Below, piece by piece: positions 8,973 to 19,290 of a stretch of DNA of 64,000 nt. Under the pieces are notes generated by a model that searched no databases, was not told where the DNA came from, and saw nothing but the letters and a program-made list of their open reading frames with translations. The stretch is from Hyphomonadaceae bacterium. GTDB taxonomy: Bacteria > Pseudomonadota > Alphaproteobacteria > Caulobacterales > Aquidulcibacteraceae. The first letter of the stretch is position 1, and the number at the start of each line of letters is the position of its first letter. The DNA lies in contig JANRIR010000073.1 of the NCBI GenBank assembly GCA_033764725.1, positions 9,972 to 73,971 on the forward strand. The letters are read 5' to 3'. The translations under genes were made by a program, and so were the position numbers.

Positions 8973-11900
8973 TCACATCACCCGCTCGACGCCGCGCGCG
9001 GCCTTCAGCGCGGCGCGCGCCCCCGCCCCGGCCGGCACCAGCCCCGACGTGGCGAGCTCCACCTCGCGGCCGTCCTGCAGGCGCAACACGAGGCGCAGCC
9101 TGCGGGTCTCGGCGCCGCGCGCAGGCTCAAGCTGGGCGATCGTTTCTGCGAGCCCCGCCAGCGAGGCGCCTTCGCGCAGCACGATCTTCACATCGCCCAA
9201 TTGGCGCGCTTCGGCCGCCTCGACCGGCTCGAACGTATCGACCGACAATTTGAGATCGCCGTCGCGCCAGCGCGCGCGCGCGCGGAACACCAAAGGCTTG
9301 CCGACCTGCAACACGTCGCGCGCCGGCGCGAGATGCTCTGGCATCACCATCGCCTCGAAATCGCCGGTCGGATCGGACAGCGACACGAACGCGAGCTGGC
9401 CGCCCGATTGCGCCGGCCGCGTCTGCACCCGGCGCAGCACCGCCGCCATCGCATAGACGCGCGGCTCGGTTTCGCCCTCTTCCAATATGTCGGCGTAGGT
9501 CATGAATTTGCCGCTCGGCGCATCGGCGTAGAACGCCGACAGCGGATGGCCGGAGAGATAGAAGCCGACGCTCTCGCGCTCGTAATCGAGCCGCTCCTGC
9601 GCCGACCAGGCCGGCGCCTTGGGCATCACGGCGCGCACCGCGGGCTCTTCGGCGCCGAACAGGCTCGCCTGCGCGCTGGCGCGCGCCTCCGCCGCCCGCG
9701 CGGCTTCCTGTGCGATCACTTCGGCCGCCGCGAACGCGCGCGCGCGCTCGGGCTCGAGCGCATCGAATGCGCCCGCCTTCGCCAGATTCTCAAGCTGGCG
9801 CCGGTTGACGGTTTTCGCGTCGAGGCGTTCGGCGAAATCGTGCAGGCTTTTGAACGGGCCGCCCCGCGCGCGCTCGGCGGCGAGGCTCTCCATTGCGGCG
9901 AGACCGACATTGCGCACTGCGCCCAGCGCATAGCGCACCGCGAGGCCGTCGCCATGCGCCTCGACCGAGAAATCCGCAAGGCTGGCGTTGATGTCGGGCG
10001 CCAGCACCGTCACGCCGATGCGCCGCGCATCCTGGTGAAACGAGGCGAGCTTGTCGGAGTTCGACAGATCGAGGCTCATCGACGCGGCGACGAACGCCAC
10101 GGGATAATTCGCCTTCAGATACGCCGTCTGGTAGGCGATCACCGCATAGGCGGCGGCGTGCGACTTGTTGAAGCCGTAGCCCGCGAACTCGGCCACCAGA
10201 TCGAAGATGCGCTCGGCGGTGTGCGCCGCGACGCCGCGCTCGACCGCGCCCTGCAGGAAGCGCGACTTCTGCTTGGCCATTTCCTCGGGCTTTTTCTTGC
10301 CCATGGCGCGGCGCAGCAGGTCGGCCTCGCCGAGGCTGTAGCCCGACAAAACCTGGGCGATCTGCATCACCTGTTCCTGATAGATGATGACGCCGTAGGT
10401 CTCTTCGAGAATGGGCTGCAAAAGCGGGTGCAGATAATCGGGCTCCATGCGCCCGTGCTTCACGTCGGCGTAGGAGTCGATGTTCTTCATCGGCCCCGGC
10501 CGATAGAGCGAGATCAGCGCGATGATGTCTTCCAGCGTGGTGGGCTTCACCTTGCGCAGCGTGTCGCGCATGCCCTGGCCTTCCAGCTGGAACACGCCAT
10601 AGGTCGCGCCGGATTGCATGAGCGCGTAGGTCTTTTCGTCGTCCCAGGGAATGCGCGCAAGATCGACATGTTCGCCGCGCGCGCGCAGGAAACCGAGCGC
10701 GCGGTCGATCACGGTCAAGGTCTTGAGGCCGAGGAAATCGAACTTCACAAGCCCCGCCGGCTCCACCCATTTCATATTGAATTGCGTGGCGGGAATGTCG
10801 GAGCGGGGATCGCGATAGAGCGCGACCAGCTCCACCAGCGGGCGGTCGCCGATGACGATGCCGGCGGCGTGCGTCGAGGCGTTGCGGTGCAGGCCCTCCA
10901 ATTGCAGCGCCGTGGCCAACAGCGCGCCGACTTCCGGCTCCTCCTGCGCGGCCTGCTTGAGGCGCGGCTCGATCTCCACCGCCTGCGCCAACGTCACCGG
11001 ATTGGCGGGGTTGGCGGGAACAAGCTTGGCCAGACGATCGACCTGGCCGAACGGCAATTGCATCACGCGCCCGACATCGCGCAGCACCGCGCGCGCCTGC
11101 AGCGTGCCGAACGTGATGATCTGCGCCACCCGGTCGTCGCCATAGCGGCGGCGCACATAATCGATCACCTCGCCGCGCCGCTCCTGGCAGAAATCGATGT
11201 CGAAATCGGGCATCGACACGCGTTCGGGATTGAGAAACCGCTCGAACAGAAGGCCGAAGCGCAGCGGGTCGAGATCGGTGATGGTGAGCGACCAGGCCAC
11301 CAGCGAGCCTGCGCCCGAGCCGCGCCCCGGCCCCACGGGAATGCCTTGGCCTTTCGCCCATTTGATGAAGTCGGCGACGATCAGAAAGTAGCCGGGAAAC
11401 TTCATTTGGATGATGACGGACAATTCGTAGTCCAGCCGCTTCCAATAAGTCTCCTCATCGGCCGCGCGGCCGTCCGGCCCCAACGCTTCGAGGCGCGCGC
11501 GCAGCCCGGCTTCGGCCTGGGCGCGCAATTCGGCCGGCTCGTCGCGGCCTTCGTCGGTGGTGAAGCGCGGCAGGATCGGCGCGCGCGTCGGCGTGCGATA
11601 GGCGCAGCGCGCGGCGATCTCGTGCGTGTTGGCGATCGCCTCGGGCAGATCGGCGAACAGCGCGGCCATGTCCGCGCCCGATTTGAACCAGCATTCCGGC
11701 GTGACCCTGGGACGATCGTCTTCGCCCAGATACGAACTCGCCGCGATGCACATCAGCGCGTCGTGCGCGCCATGGCCCTCGCGCGCCGCAAAGCGCACGT
11801 CGTTGGTCGCCACGATCGGCAGCTCCAGCGCATAAGCGAGCGCCAGCGCGTGCTCTTCGCGCGCCGCCTCGCCGGGCGCGCCGACGCGCTGCAGCTCGAC

Positions 11901-12464
11901 ATAGAGCCGGCCGCGAAACCGCCGCGCCAGGCGCGTCAGCAGCGCTTCGCCCGCCGCGCGCCGGCCGTCGCCCAACGCCGCAGCCAACAGCCCATCGGCC
12001 CCGCCGGTCAGCGCGATGAGGCCCTCGGCATGCGCCTCGAGCCGCTCGAGCGTCACGTGTGGCGCGTCCTGGGATGCGACTTCCAGGTGCGCGGCGGTCG
12101 CCAGCCGCATCAGATTGGCGTAGCCGCGCTCCGATTGCGCCAACAGCGCCAGCGCCCCTTCGGCGCCGTCGGGCGTGCGCACGGTCACGCTGCATCCGAT
12201 GATCGGCTGAACGCCGGCCTCCGCAAACGCCTCGGAGAACTCCAACGCGCCGAACAGATTGTTGGAATCGGTCAGCGCCAGCGCCGGCATCGAGTGCTTG
12301 GCGCACAGCTTGGCCAGATCCTTCACATGCAGCGTGCTCTCAAGCAGCGAATAGGCCGAGCGCGCCCTGAGGTGCACGAACCCGCCGCCGTTCAACCGCT
12401 CCGCCATTGCCTGCTCCCCTGCGCCCGCACCAAAGCGCGATTCGCCTGCATCCAGGATATTCAT
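8973..12464 (-). CDS. dnaE: DNA polymerase III subunit alpha
   Basis: 1175-aa ORF containing a PHP domain (FVHLRARSAYSLLES), a PolIIIA core and an OB-fold tail. The start is ambiguous: ATG 12464 (MNILDAG, with GGAAGAG upstream) or ATG 12407 (MAERLNGGGFVHL, with GGGGAG upstream). Confidence 0.93.
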   Translation of the reverse strand: MNILDAGESRFGAGAGEQAMAERLNGGGFVHLRARSAYSLLESTLHVKDLAKLCAKHSMPALALTDSNNLFGALEFSEAFAEAGVQPIIGCSVTVRTPDGAEGALALLAQSERGYANLMRLATAAHLEVASQDAPHVTLERLEAHAEGLIALTGGADGLLAAALGDGRRAAGEALLTRLARRFRGRLYVELQRVGAPGEAAREEHALALAYALELPIVATNDVRFAAREGHGAHDALMCIAASSYLGEDDRPRVTPECWFKSGADMAALFADLPEAIANTHEIAARCAYRTPTRAPILPRFTTDEGRDEPAELRAQAEAGLRARLEALGPDGRAADEETYWKRLDYELSVIIQMKFPGYFLIVADFIKWAKGQGIPVGPGRGSGAGSLVAWSLTITDLDPLRFGLLFERFLNPERVSMPDFDIDFCQERRGEVIDYVRRRYGDDRVAQIITFGTLQARAVLRDVGRVMQLPFGQVDRLAKLVPANPANPVTLAQAVEIEPRLKQAAQEEPEVGALLATALQLEGLHRNASTHAAGIVIGDRPLVELVALYRDPRSDIPATQFNMKWVEPAGLVKFDFLGLKTLTVIDRALGFLRARGEHVDLARIPWDDEKTYALMQSGATYGVFQLEGQGMRDTLRKVKPTTLEDIIALISLYRPGPMKNIDSYADVKHGRMEPDYLHPLLQPILEETYGVIIYQEQVMQIAQVLSGYSLGEADLLRRAMGKKKPEEMAKQKSRFLQGAVERGVAAHTAERIFDLVAEFAGYGFNKSHAAAYAVIAYQTAYLKANYPVAFVAASMSLDLSNSDKLASFHQDARRIGVTVLAPDINASLADFSVEAHGDGLAVRYALGAVRNVGLAAMESLAAERARGGPFKSLHDFAERLDAKTVNRRQLENLAKAGAFDALEPERARAFAAAEVIAQEAARAAEARASAQASLFGAEEPAVRAVMPKAPAWSAQERLDYERESVGFYLSGHPLSAFYADAPSGKFMTYADILEEGETEPRVYAMAAVLRRVQTRPAQSGGQLAFVSLSDPTGDFEAMVMPEHLAPARDVLQVGKPLVFRARARWRDGDLKLSVDTFEPVEAAEARQLGDVKIVLREGASLAGLAETIAQLEPARGAETRRLRLVLRLQDGREVELATSGLVPAGAGARAALKAARGVERVM

Positions 12465-12496
12465 GTTTTGTTCTCTTCCGCAAGGGCTCGGCCCGC

Positions 12497-13180
12497 TCAC
12501 CCCCGCACCCGCAACTTGCCGTGATCCAGCGCCATGACGCGGTCCATGTAGCGGGTGAGTTCGAGATTGTGCGTCGCCACCAGGGCGCCGACGCCTTCCT
12601 GGCGGGCGAGCTGGAACAATTGCTCGAAGACGATTTTCGAGGTGTCGGGATCGAGATTGCCGGTGGGTTCGTCGGCCAGGAGCAGCCCGGGCTTGTTGAC
12701 CAGCGCACGCGCGATCGCCACGCGCTGCTGCTCCCCGCCCGACAATTGCGACGGCTGATGGCGCAGGCGTTAGCCGAGGCCGAGCGCCGTCAACAGACGC
12801 GCCGCCTCCTCCCGCGCCTGGGCGCGCGGCGCGCCGGCGATGAGTTGCGGCAAGGCGACATTATCGAGCGCGTCAAATTCCGGCAGCAGATGGTGAAACT
12901 GATAGACAAAGCCGATATGCGCGCGCCGCAGCGCCGTGCGCTCGCGATCCGGCAGCGACCACGCATCGGCGCCGGCGATGCGCACCGCCCCGCCCGTCGG
13001 CCGCTCCAGGAGGCCGGCGGCGTGCAGGAGCGACGACTTGCCCGAGCCCGAAGGCCCGACAAGCCCCACCAATTCGCCGCGCGCGACCGTGAGATCGACG
13101 CCGTTCAGCACGACGAGCTCGCGGTCTCCCGAGAGAAACCGCCGTTCAAGCCCGATCAGCTCCAGCGCCGCTTCATTCAT
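12497..13180 (-). pseudogene. lolD: lipoprotein-releasing ABC transporter ATP-binding protein LolD, interrupted by an in-frame TAA at 12770-12772
   Basis: Track ORFs 12770..13180 (Walker A GPSGSGKSS, Q-loop) and 12497..12745 ([31 protein letters not shown]) are in the same frame (13180-12745=435). Between them the minus strand reads ..[23 protein letters not shown]... Its position next to the LolC/E permease fits LolD. Confidence 0.8.
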
Positions 13181-14450
13181 AACGCAGCGCCTCCACCGGA
13201 TCGAGCCTGGAGGCGCGCCACGCCATCGGCAGCGTCGCCACGAACGACATGAACAGCGCCCACGCCGTGATCACCGCAACCTCGCCCCATTCGATGCGCG
13301 CGGGCAGCGCTTCGAGCGAATAGACGCTGCCGGGAAACACATCGAAGCCGAGCGCAGTGGACAGGAAATCCTGGATCGGGCCGATGAACAGGCAGACCGA
13401 GACGCCGAACGTCAGCCCCAGCGCGGTGCCGATCACGCCAATGCTTGCGCCGGCCATGAAGAACACGCGCAGGATCGACCCTTGCGTGGCGCCCATCGTG
13501 CGCAGGATGGCGATGTCGCGGCTCTTGTTCTTCACCAGCATGACAAGGCCGGACACGATGTTGAGCGCCGCGATCGCCACGATCATCATCAGGATGATGC
13601 GCATCACGTTACGCTCCACCACCAGCGCGTCGGCCAGCCCCTGGCTCTGCGTGCGCCAATCGAAGATGGTCAGCTCCGGGCCCACGCGCTGGCGCAGATC
13701 GGCCATGACAAAGCGCGTGACGTCGGGGTTCTGGATGCGCAGCTCAAGGCGATCGGCGTGTTCGCCCCGATTGAACAGGATCTGCGCTTGTTCGAGCGGC
13801 ATATAGATCAGCGCCGAATCGTATTCCGCCATGCCGACGCTGAAGATAGCGCCGACGACGAACGTTTTCCGCCGCGGCGTGAGGCCGAAGGGCGTCGCCG
13901 ACGCCTGCGGCGACAGGATCGACACCGCCATGCCCGGCGCCACGCCAAGCCGCGCAGCAAGGCGGTCGCCGATCACGATCGTGGGATCCTCAACGCCCTG
14001 GAAGCCGTCGAGCGAGCCGGTGTCGCGGATCGTATCGGCGATCAACGCCAGGCGCTCGAGATCGGCGCGCGGAATGCCGCGGATATAGACTCCGGTCGCC
14101 ACGCCGTCCGCCACCGCCAGCGCCTGCTCGTCGATGAGTGGCGCGACCGAAACCACGCCCGGCGTCTGCGCGGCGAGCGCGGCGATCTGGTTGCGCGCGG
14201 CTTCCGAAACATCGCGCGTGTCGATGAAGACATGGCCATTGACGCCGAGAATGCGCGACAGCAGCGTTTCGCGAAACCCGTTCATCACCGACATGGTGAC
14301 GATCAGCACCGCCACTGCGAGCGTGATGCCCACCACCGAGATGATCGAGATCAGCGCCACCCCGCCATGCGCCCGCTTGGCGCGCAAATAGCGCCCCGCG
14401 AGCAGGCGTTCGAACAATCCGAAGGGGCGCGCCGCGGCGGTCGTGGTCAT
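13173..14450 (-). CDS. lipoprotein-releasing ABC transporter permease (LolC/E family)
   Basis: MTTTAAARPFGLFERLLAGRYLRAKR..ISIISVVGITLAV.. is a MacB/FtsX-type permease N-terminus, followed by a periplasmic domain and three C-terminal TM helices. The start is Met 81 of ORF 13173..14690, and the gene overlaps the lolD start by 8 nt. Confidence 0.88.
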   Translation of the reverse strand: MTTTAAARPFGLFERLLAGRYLRAKRAHGGVALISIISVVGITLAVAVLIVTMSVMNGFRETLLSRILGVNGHVFIDTRDVSEAARNQIAALAAQTPGVVSVAPLIDEQALAVADGVATGVYIRGIPRADLERLALIADTIRDTGSLDGFQGVEDPTIVIGDRLAARLGVAPGMAVSILSPQASATPFGLTPRRKTFVVGAIFSVGMAEYDSALIYMPLEQAQILFNRGEHADRLELRIQNPDVTRFVMADLRQRVGPELTIFDWRTQSQGLADALVVERNVMRIILMMIVAIAALNIVSGLVMLVKNKSRDIAILRTMGATQGSILRVFFMAGASIGVIGTALGLTFGVSVCLFIGPIQDFLSTALGFDVFPGSVYSLEALPARIEWGEVAVITAWALFMSFVATLPMAWRASRLDPVEALRYE

Positions 14451-14454
14451 GGAA

Positions 14455-15993
14455 TCAATACGCGCGCGCGATAAGGATGGTCTGGTCCGCCGGCGCGCCG
14501 GTGAAGATGCACGCGCCGTGCACGTCAGGCTGCGCCAGCGGCGCGTTGCGCACGCTGAGCTTGAGCGCCTTGAGCTTCGCTTCGACATCCGCCAGGGCCG
14601 CCCCCTCCGCCTTGCGCCAACCGGCGCGCACCCAGCCGCGGAAATCAGGCGAATCTTCGTCATCGCCGAAATACTCCGCCAGCGCCGCATAGGTCGTCAC
14701 GTCGCTGCGGATGTTGGCGTCGAGACGCGCCTGCGCGGCCGCGCGCAAGCCCGCCTGGATCTCTTCAAGCAGCCCGGGCGCGGCGCCCACGAAGGCGGCG
14801 CGCGGGACGGTTTCGCTGCGCACCTTGCCATCCGCGCGCAACGCGTCGCGACGGATGAAGGTGACGTTGGCGCCCGCCGCGTCGCGCGGGCCGATCTCGC
14901 AGATGATGGGCGCGCCGCGGCGCACCCAGTCCCAGCGCTTATCGGCGGGTTTTGCCAGCTTGACGTCCACATGGGCGCGCAGCCTCGACCTGAACGCAGC
15001 CTGCGCGCCAAGCTCCGCGCACAGGCTCGCGCAATAGGCTTCGATCTCGGCGTCCTCGGGCTTGCCGCGCACCATCGGCACGATGACGATCTGATGCGGC
15101 GCAAGCGCAGGGGGCGTGCGCAGCCCGTCGTCGTCGCCATGCGTCATGATCAGGCCGCCGATCAGCCGCGTCGAGGCGCCCCACGACGTCGTATGGCAGA
15201 ATTTCACCTCGCCATCCTTGTCCTGGAAGCGAATATTTTGCGCTCTCGAGAAATGGGTGCCGAGATAGTGCGAGGTGCCGGCCTGAAGCGCCTTGCCGTC
15301 CTGCATCATCGCTTCGATGGAGAAGGTGTTGTCCGCGCCGGGGAAGCGCTCGTGCGGCGGCTTCTCGCCGGTGATCACCGGCATGGCGATCGCCTCTTCC
15401 GCGAACGCGCGATACACTTCCAGCATGCGCAGCGTCTCTTCCATCGCATCGGCCTTGTCGGCGTGGGCGGTGTGGCCTTCCTGCCAAAGGAATTCCGCGG
15501 TGCGCAGGAACAGCCGGGTTCGCATCTCCCAGCGCATCACATTGGCCCATTGGTTCATCAGCAAAGGCAGATCGCGATAGGATTTGATCCAGCGGCTGAA
15601 CGCGTCGCCGATGATCGTCTCAGACGTGGGGCGGATGATGTAGGGCTCTTCAAGCGCGGCGGACGGATCGGGCGCGAGCTTTCCGTCGATCGCCTTCAGG
15701 CGATGATGCGTGACCACCGCCATCTCCTTGGCGAAGCCATCGACGTGATCGGCCTCTTTCGCGATGAAGCTCATAGGGATCAGCAGCGGGAAATAATAAT
15801 TGTCGTGCCCGGTCTCTTTGATGCGGCGGTCGAGATCGGCCTGCATCCGCTCCCACAGGCCGTAGCCCCACGGCTTCATGATCATCGAGCCGCGCGTGGG
15901 CGAGGCTTCCGCGAGGTCGGCCTCGCGGCACACCGCCTGATACCATTCGGCGAAATTGTCGGCGCGGGCGACGGAAAGGGCGTGGGTGTGCAT
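14455..15993 (-). CDS. proS: proline--tRNA ligase
   Basis: ..NFAEWYQAVCREADLAE.SPTRGSMIMKPWGYGLWE.. together with class II motifs marks an archaeal/eukaryote-like ProRS. The start is at MHTHALS (residue 31 of the ORF). Confidence 0.9.
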   Translation of the reverse strand: MHTHALSVARADNFAEWYQAVCREADLAEASPTRGSMIMKPWGYGLWERMQADLDRRIKETGHDNYYFPLLIPMSFIAKEADHVDGFAKEMAVVTHHRLKAIDGKLAPDPSAALEEPYIIRPTSETIIGDAFSRWIKSYRDLPLLMNQWANVMRWEMRTRLFLRTAEFLWQEGHTAHADKADAMEETLRMLEVYRAFAEEAIAMPVITGEKPPHERFPGADNTFSIEAMMQDGKALQAGTSHYLGTHFSRAQNIRFQDKDGEVKFCHTTSWGASTRLIGGLIMTHGDDDGLRTPPALAPHQIVIVPMVRGKPEDAEIEAYCASLCAELGAQAAFRSRLRAHVDVKLAKPADKRWDWVRRGAPIICEIGPRDAAGANVTFIRRDALRADGKVRSETVPRAAFVGAAPGLLEEIQAGLRAAAQARLDANIRSDVTTYAALAEYFGDDEDSPDFRGWVRAGWRKAEGAALADVEAKLKALKLSVRNAPLAQPDVHGACIFTGAPADQTILIARAY

Positions 15994-16095
15994 GGGGTGC
16001 GCCTGAAGCGAGCGGGACAGCGGAAGAGCGGCTCTTTTAGAGCGTGACCGGCGAAAGGGGAAACCGGTTTTGGCGCCGGCCAAGCCGGCATTTTT

Positions 16096-16344
16096 CTAGG
16101 GCGCGCGGATGGCGAAAAGGTCCGCCTCGACCGCAACATACACGCCCGCCCAACACACCGCCGCCAGCCCCGCCGCCCACAGCGCCTTGCGGCCCAGATG
16201 ATGCTGAAGGGGCGCGCCCCGCTCCGCGCCAGGGACGATCTCGGTCTGCGTCTCCGCGGCGCTGCGCGCCCCGATCGGCAGGACGACGAAGAACGCCATC
16301 CACCACAGGAGGAAATAGATCCCGAAGCCCAGCAAGGAAAACAT
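16096..16344 (-). CDS. DUF1467-like small membrane protein
   Basis: MFSLLGFGIYFLLWWMAFFVVLPIGARS... is 82 aa with two TM helices. The proS-adjacent position next to mce recurs in alphaproteobacteria. The start is Met 73 of ORF 16096..16560. Confidence 0.7.
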   Translation of the reverse strand: MFSLLGFGIYFLLWWMAFFVVLPIGARSAAETQTEIVPGAERGAPLQHHLGRKALWAAGLAAVCWAGVYVAVEADLFAIRAP

Positions 16345-16382
16345 CGCGCCTATCCGCCCTTCCCGACCTGCCGCCCCGCCGC

Positions 16383-16808
16383 TCAATGATCGGCGTGCTT
16401 CGGCGTCTCCATCAATTCCACGAGCACGCCGTTGGAATTTTTCGGATGGATGAAAATGATCAGCGTGCCATGCGCGCCGATGCGCGGCTCGCCGAGCACG
16501 GTCGCGCCCTTTGCGATCATCGCATCGCGCGCCTTGTAGATATCCTCTACCTCGAAGCACACATGGTGCTGGCCGCCGGCGGGGTTCTTCTCGAGAAATT
16601 TCCGGATCGGCGACGCATCGCCCAGCGGCTCGATCAGCTCGATCTGGCTGTTGGCGACGTTCACGAAGGCGTAGCGCACGCCCTGCGATTCCATCTCGCC
16701 GGTCTTGGTGATCGCTTCCGGCCCGACGCCATAGAACTCCAGATAGGTGCGCTTGGCCTCCTCGATCGAGGGCACCGCAACGCCGACATGGTTCAGTCGT
16801 CCGATCAT
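16383..16808 (-). CDS. mce: methylmalonyl-CoA epimerase (VOC/glyoxalase fold)
   Basis: MIGRLNHVGVAVPSIEEA....Y.......QGVRYAFV...NSQIELIEPLG..SPI..FL....GGQHHVCFEVEDI matches Mce as I know it. Confidence 0.88.
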   Translation of the reverse strand: MIGRLNHVGVAVPSIEEAKRTYLEFYGVGPEAITKTGEMESQGVRYAFVNVANSQIELIEPLGDASPIRKFLEKNPAGGQHHVCFEVEDIYKARDAMIAKGATVLGEPRIGAHGTLIIFIHPKNSNGVLVELMETPKHADH

Positions 16809-16834
16809 GGCTGCATCCCTTTCCTTGCCGCGCG

Positions 16835-18511
16835 TCACACGCGCATCACCACCACGTCCACCAGCGGCCGCTTGCCCCAGGCGCGCTCGGCCGCCTTGCG
16901 CACCGCGCGCATGATCGCGTTCTCCACCGCGTCGTCGTCGGCGCGATCGGCGTGATTGAGGCGCTGATACGCCGCTTCCGCCGCATCGCCCATATCGTCG
17001 ACGGCGAGTTCGAACGCCTCCTCGTCGCTCGCCGGCAGGCCTTTGACGCGGACATCCGGGCCCGAAACGATGGCGTGCGATTTGGCGTGCACGGCGAGCG
17101 CGACGGTGACGAGCCCGTCGGCGCCGATGCGGCGGCGTTCGCGCAGCGCATCGTCCTCCGCATCGACGATCACGGTCCCGTCGACATAGAGCCGTCCCGC
17201 GGGGGTTTCATCGATCACTTCGGCCGGCCCGGGCGCAAGGCGTATCAGATCGCCATTGCGCGGCGCCATCGCCTGCGGCGTCTGCAGCGCGAGCGCGAAC
17301 GCTTGATGCTCGAGAATGTGGCGGCGCTCGCCATGCACGGGAACCGCGATCTTTGGGCGCGCCCAGGCGTACATCTGGGCCAGTTCATCGCGCGCGGGAT
17401 GACCGGATACATGCACCAGCGCGTCCTTGTCGGTGATGATGCGCACGCCGCGTTCGCTCAAGCGCTCCTGCAGCGCATAGATCGCGCTGTCGTTGCCGGG
17501 AATGACGCGCGAGGAGAAAATCACCGCATCGCCTGCGCCCAGCGTTACGTGGCGGTGATCGCCGGCCGCGATGCGCGAAAGCGCGGCGCTCGCTTCGCCC
17601 TGGCTGCCGGTGCACAGATAGAGCACGTTTTCCGGCGGCAGATGCCCCGCTTCGCTCTCGTCGGCGAGTTCTGGAAGCCCCTGCAGCAGGCCCACGCTGC
17701 GCGCGGCGGCGGCGATCCGGTGCATCGAACGCCCCACCAGCGCCACCGTGCGCCCGCAATCGTGCGCGGCGCGAATGACGCTGTCCATCCGCGCGACATT
17801 GGAGGCGAACGCGGTGACGACGACCTTGCGCTTCAAGGTGGCGATCAGCGCCGTCAGATTTTTGCGCACGTCGGCTTCGGAGCCCGATTCTCCCTCGACG
17901 AAAACATTCGTCGAATCGCAAACCATCGCCAGCACGCCCTCGTCGGCGATGCGCGTGAGCGCGGCCTCGTCGGTGGTCTCGCCCACGAGCGGATCGGGAT
18001 CGATCTTCCAATCGCCGGTGTGCCACACGAGCCCCAGCGGCGTGCGGATCGCCACGCCGTTCGGCTCAGGGATCGAATGCGTCAACGTGATCAGTTCGAG
18101 ATCGAATGGGCCGATCTGAAAGCGGCCTTTCAGGGGCACCACATTAAGCTTCACCCGGTCCAAAAGCCCGCGTTCGCGCAGCTTTTCGCGGATCAGGGCG
18201 GCGGTGAAGGGCGTGGCGTAGAGCGGCGCCTTCAGCCTGGGCCACAGCCAGCCGATGGCGCCGATATGATCCTCATGCGCGTGCGTCAGCACGATGGCCA
18301 GGATGTCCTTGCGGCGTTCCTCCAGGAAGCTCGGATCGGGCAGGATGAGATCGATTCCGGGCGTCGTGTCTTCGCGCCCGAAGGTGACGCCGATATCGAC
18401 GACGATCCATTTGCGCGCCTCCGGCGGGCCAAAGCCGTAGGCGTTGAGGTTCATGCCGATTTCGCCCGAGCCGCCGAGCGGCAGGAAGACCAGTTCGTTC
18501 GCGTCGGTCAA
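16835..18511 (-). CDS. rnj: ribonuclease J (RNA-metabolising metallo-beta-lactamase)
   Basis: Contains [24 protein letters not shown] (HxHxDH) and a beta-CASP region. There is no in-frame ATG after the coaX stop, so the most economical start is the TTG at 18511, which makes a TTGA overlap with the coaX stop codon. The upstream 64 codons of the track ORF overlap coaX. Confidence 0.85.
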   Translation of the reverse strand: MTDANELVFLPLGGSGEIGMNLNAYGFGPPEARKWIVVDIGVTFGREDTTPGIDLILPDPSFLEERRKDILAIVLTHAHEDHIGAIGWLWPRLKAPLYATPFTAALIREKLRERGLLDRVKLNVVPLKGRFQIGPFDLELITLTHSIPEPNGVAIRTPLGLVWHTGDWKIDPDPLVGETTDEAALTRIADEGVLAMVCDSTNVFVEGESGSEADVRKNLTALIATLKRKVVVTAFASNVARMDSVIRAAHDCGRTVALVGRSMHRIAAAARSVGLLQGLPELADESEAGHLPPENVLYLCTGSQGEASAALSRIAAGDHRHVTLGAGDAVIFSSRVIPGNDSAIYALQERLSERGVRIITDKDALVHVSGHPARDELAQMYAWARPKIAVPVHGERRHILEHQAFALALQTPQAMAPRNGDLIRLAPGPAEVIDETPAGRLYVDGTVIVDAEDDALRERRRIGADGLVTVALAVHAKSHAIVSGPDVRVKGLPASDEEAFELAVDDMGDAAEAAYQRLNHADRADDDAVENAIMRAVRKAAERAWGKRPLVDVVVMRV

Positions 18512-19284
18512 AGCGATCCGCCGTTCCGTCTGAAGATTTCGAGCAGACCCCGCGAGGTCAGCTCCTGGTCGAAATGCTCGATCGTGGTGAATGCGCCCTC
18601 GAACAAGGACGCGACGCCGCCGGTCGCGATCGCGGCCATTGGCGCGCCATACTCGGTGCGGATGCGTTGCGTCAGGCCTTCGATCATGTCGATCGAGCCC
18701 CAATAGATCCCCGATTGCATCGCGCGCACGGTGTCCTTGCCGATGACGATGCCGGGATCGCGGATCTCCACGCGCGGCAGCCGCGCGGCCGCGTCGTGCA
18801 ACGCCTGCAGCGACAGATTAATTCCCGGCAGAATGATGCCGCCCTCGAACGCGCCGTCGGCGCCGACGATGTCGAACGTGGTGGCGGTGCCGCTGTCGAT
18901 CACGATTGCGGGCCCGCCATAGGCGATATAGGCGCCGATGGCGTTGACGAGGCGATCGGCGCCGGCCTCGCTGGGCTTGTCGATGCGCACTTCGATGCCG
19001 AGATCAAGCCCATCTTCGCCCACGACCATCGGTTCGACGCCGACATAACGGCGCGACAGGTTGCGCAGATTGAACAGCGCCTGGGGCACCACGGTGGAGA
19101 TGATGCACGCGCTCAGGGCGTCGAACGACAAGCCGTTGAGGCCCATCACCAGCGACAGCCAGGGGCCGTATTCGTCGGCCGTGCGCGAGGTGTCGGTAGA
19201 GGCGCGCCATTGGCCGCGCCAATCGGTTCCGTCATGGACGGCGAATTTGGTGTTGGTGTTGCCCACGTCGATGGCAAGCAGCAT
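18508..19284 (-). CDS. coaX: type III pantothenate kinase
   Basis: [16 protein letters not shown].. and ..[12 protein letters not shown].. are CoaX motifs. The ORF is 258 aa. Confidence 0.92.
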   Translation of the reverse strand: MLLAIDVGNTNTKFAVHDGTDWRGQWRASTDTSRTADEYGPWLSLVMGLNGLSFDALSACIISTVVPQALFNLRNLSRRYVGVEPMVVGEDGLDLGIEVRIDKPSEAGADRLVNAIGAYIAYGGPAIVIDSGTATTFDIVGADGAFEGGIILPGINLSLQALHDAAARLPRVEIRDPGIVIGKDTVRAMQSGIYWGSIDMIEGLTQRIRTEYGAPMAAIATGGVASLFEGAFTTIEHFDQELTSRGLLEIFRRNGGSL

Positions 19285-19290
19285 GGCCGG

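Noticed and set aside
9201-12524. 1107-aa plus-strand ORF covering the whole dnaE locus. The same applies to 1644..3746 over parC, 27758..30226 over nuoG, 58388..60313 over uxaC, 14443..16047 over proS and 16952..18706 over rnj.
   Set aside because: These are antisense shadow ORFs typical of high-GC DNA. Their composition is dominated by Arg/Ala/Gly/His, they carry no recognisable motifs, and each lies exactly opposite a strongly conserved gene whose frame explains the absence of stops.
12770-12772. Programmed recoding (selenocysteine or pyrrolysine) at the lolD internal stop.
   Set aside because: The codon is TAA, not TGA or TAG. No SECIS- or PYLIS-like hairpin follows it, and the position is not a catalytic residue in ABC ATPases.
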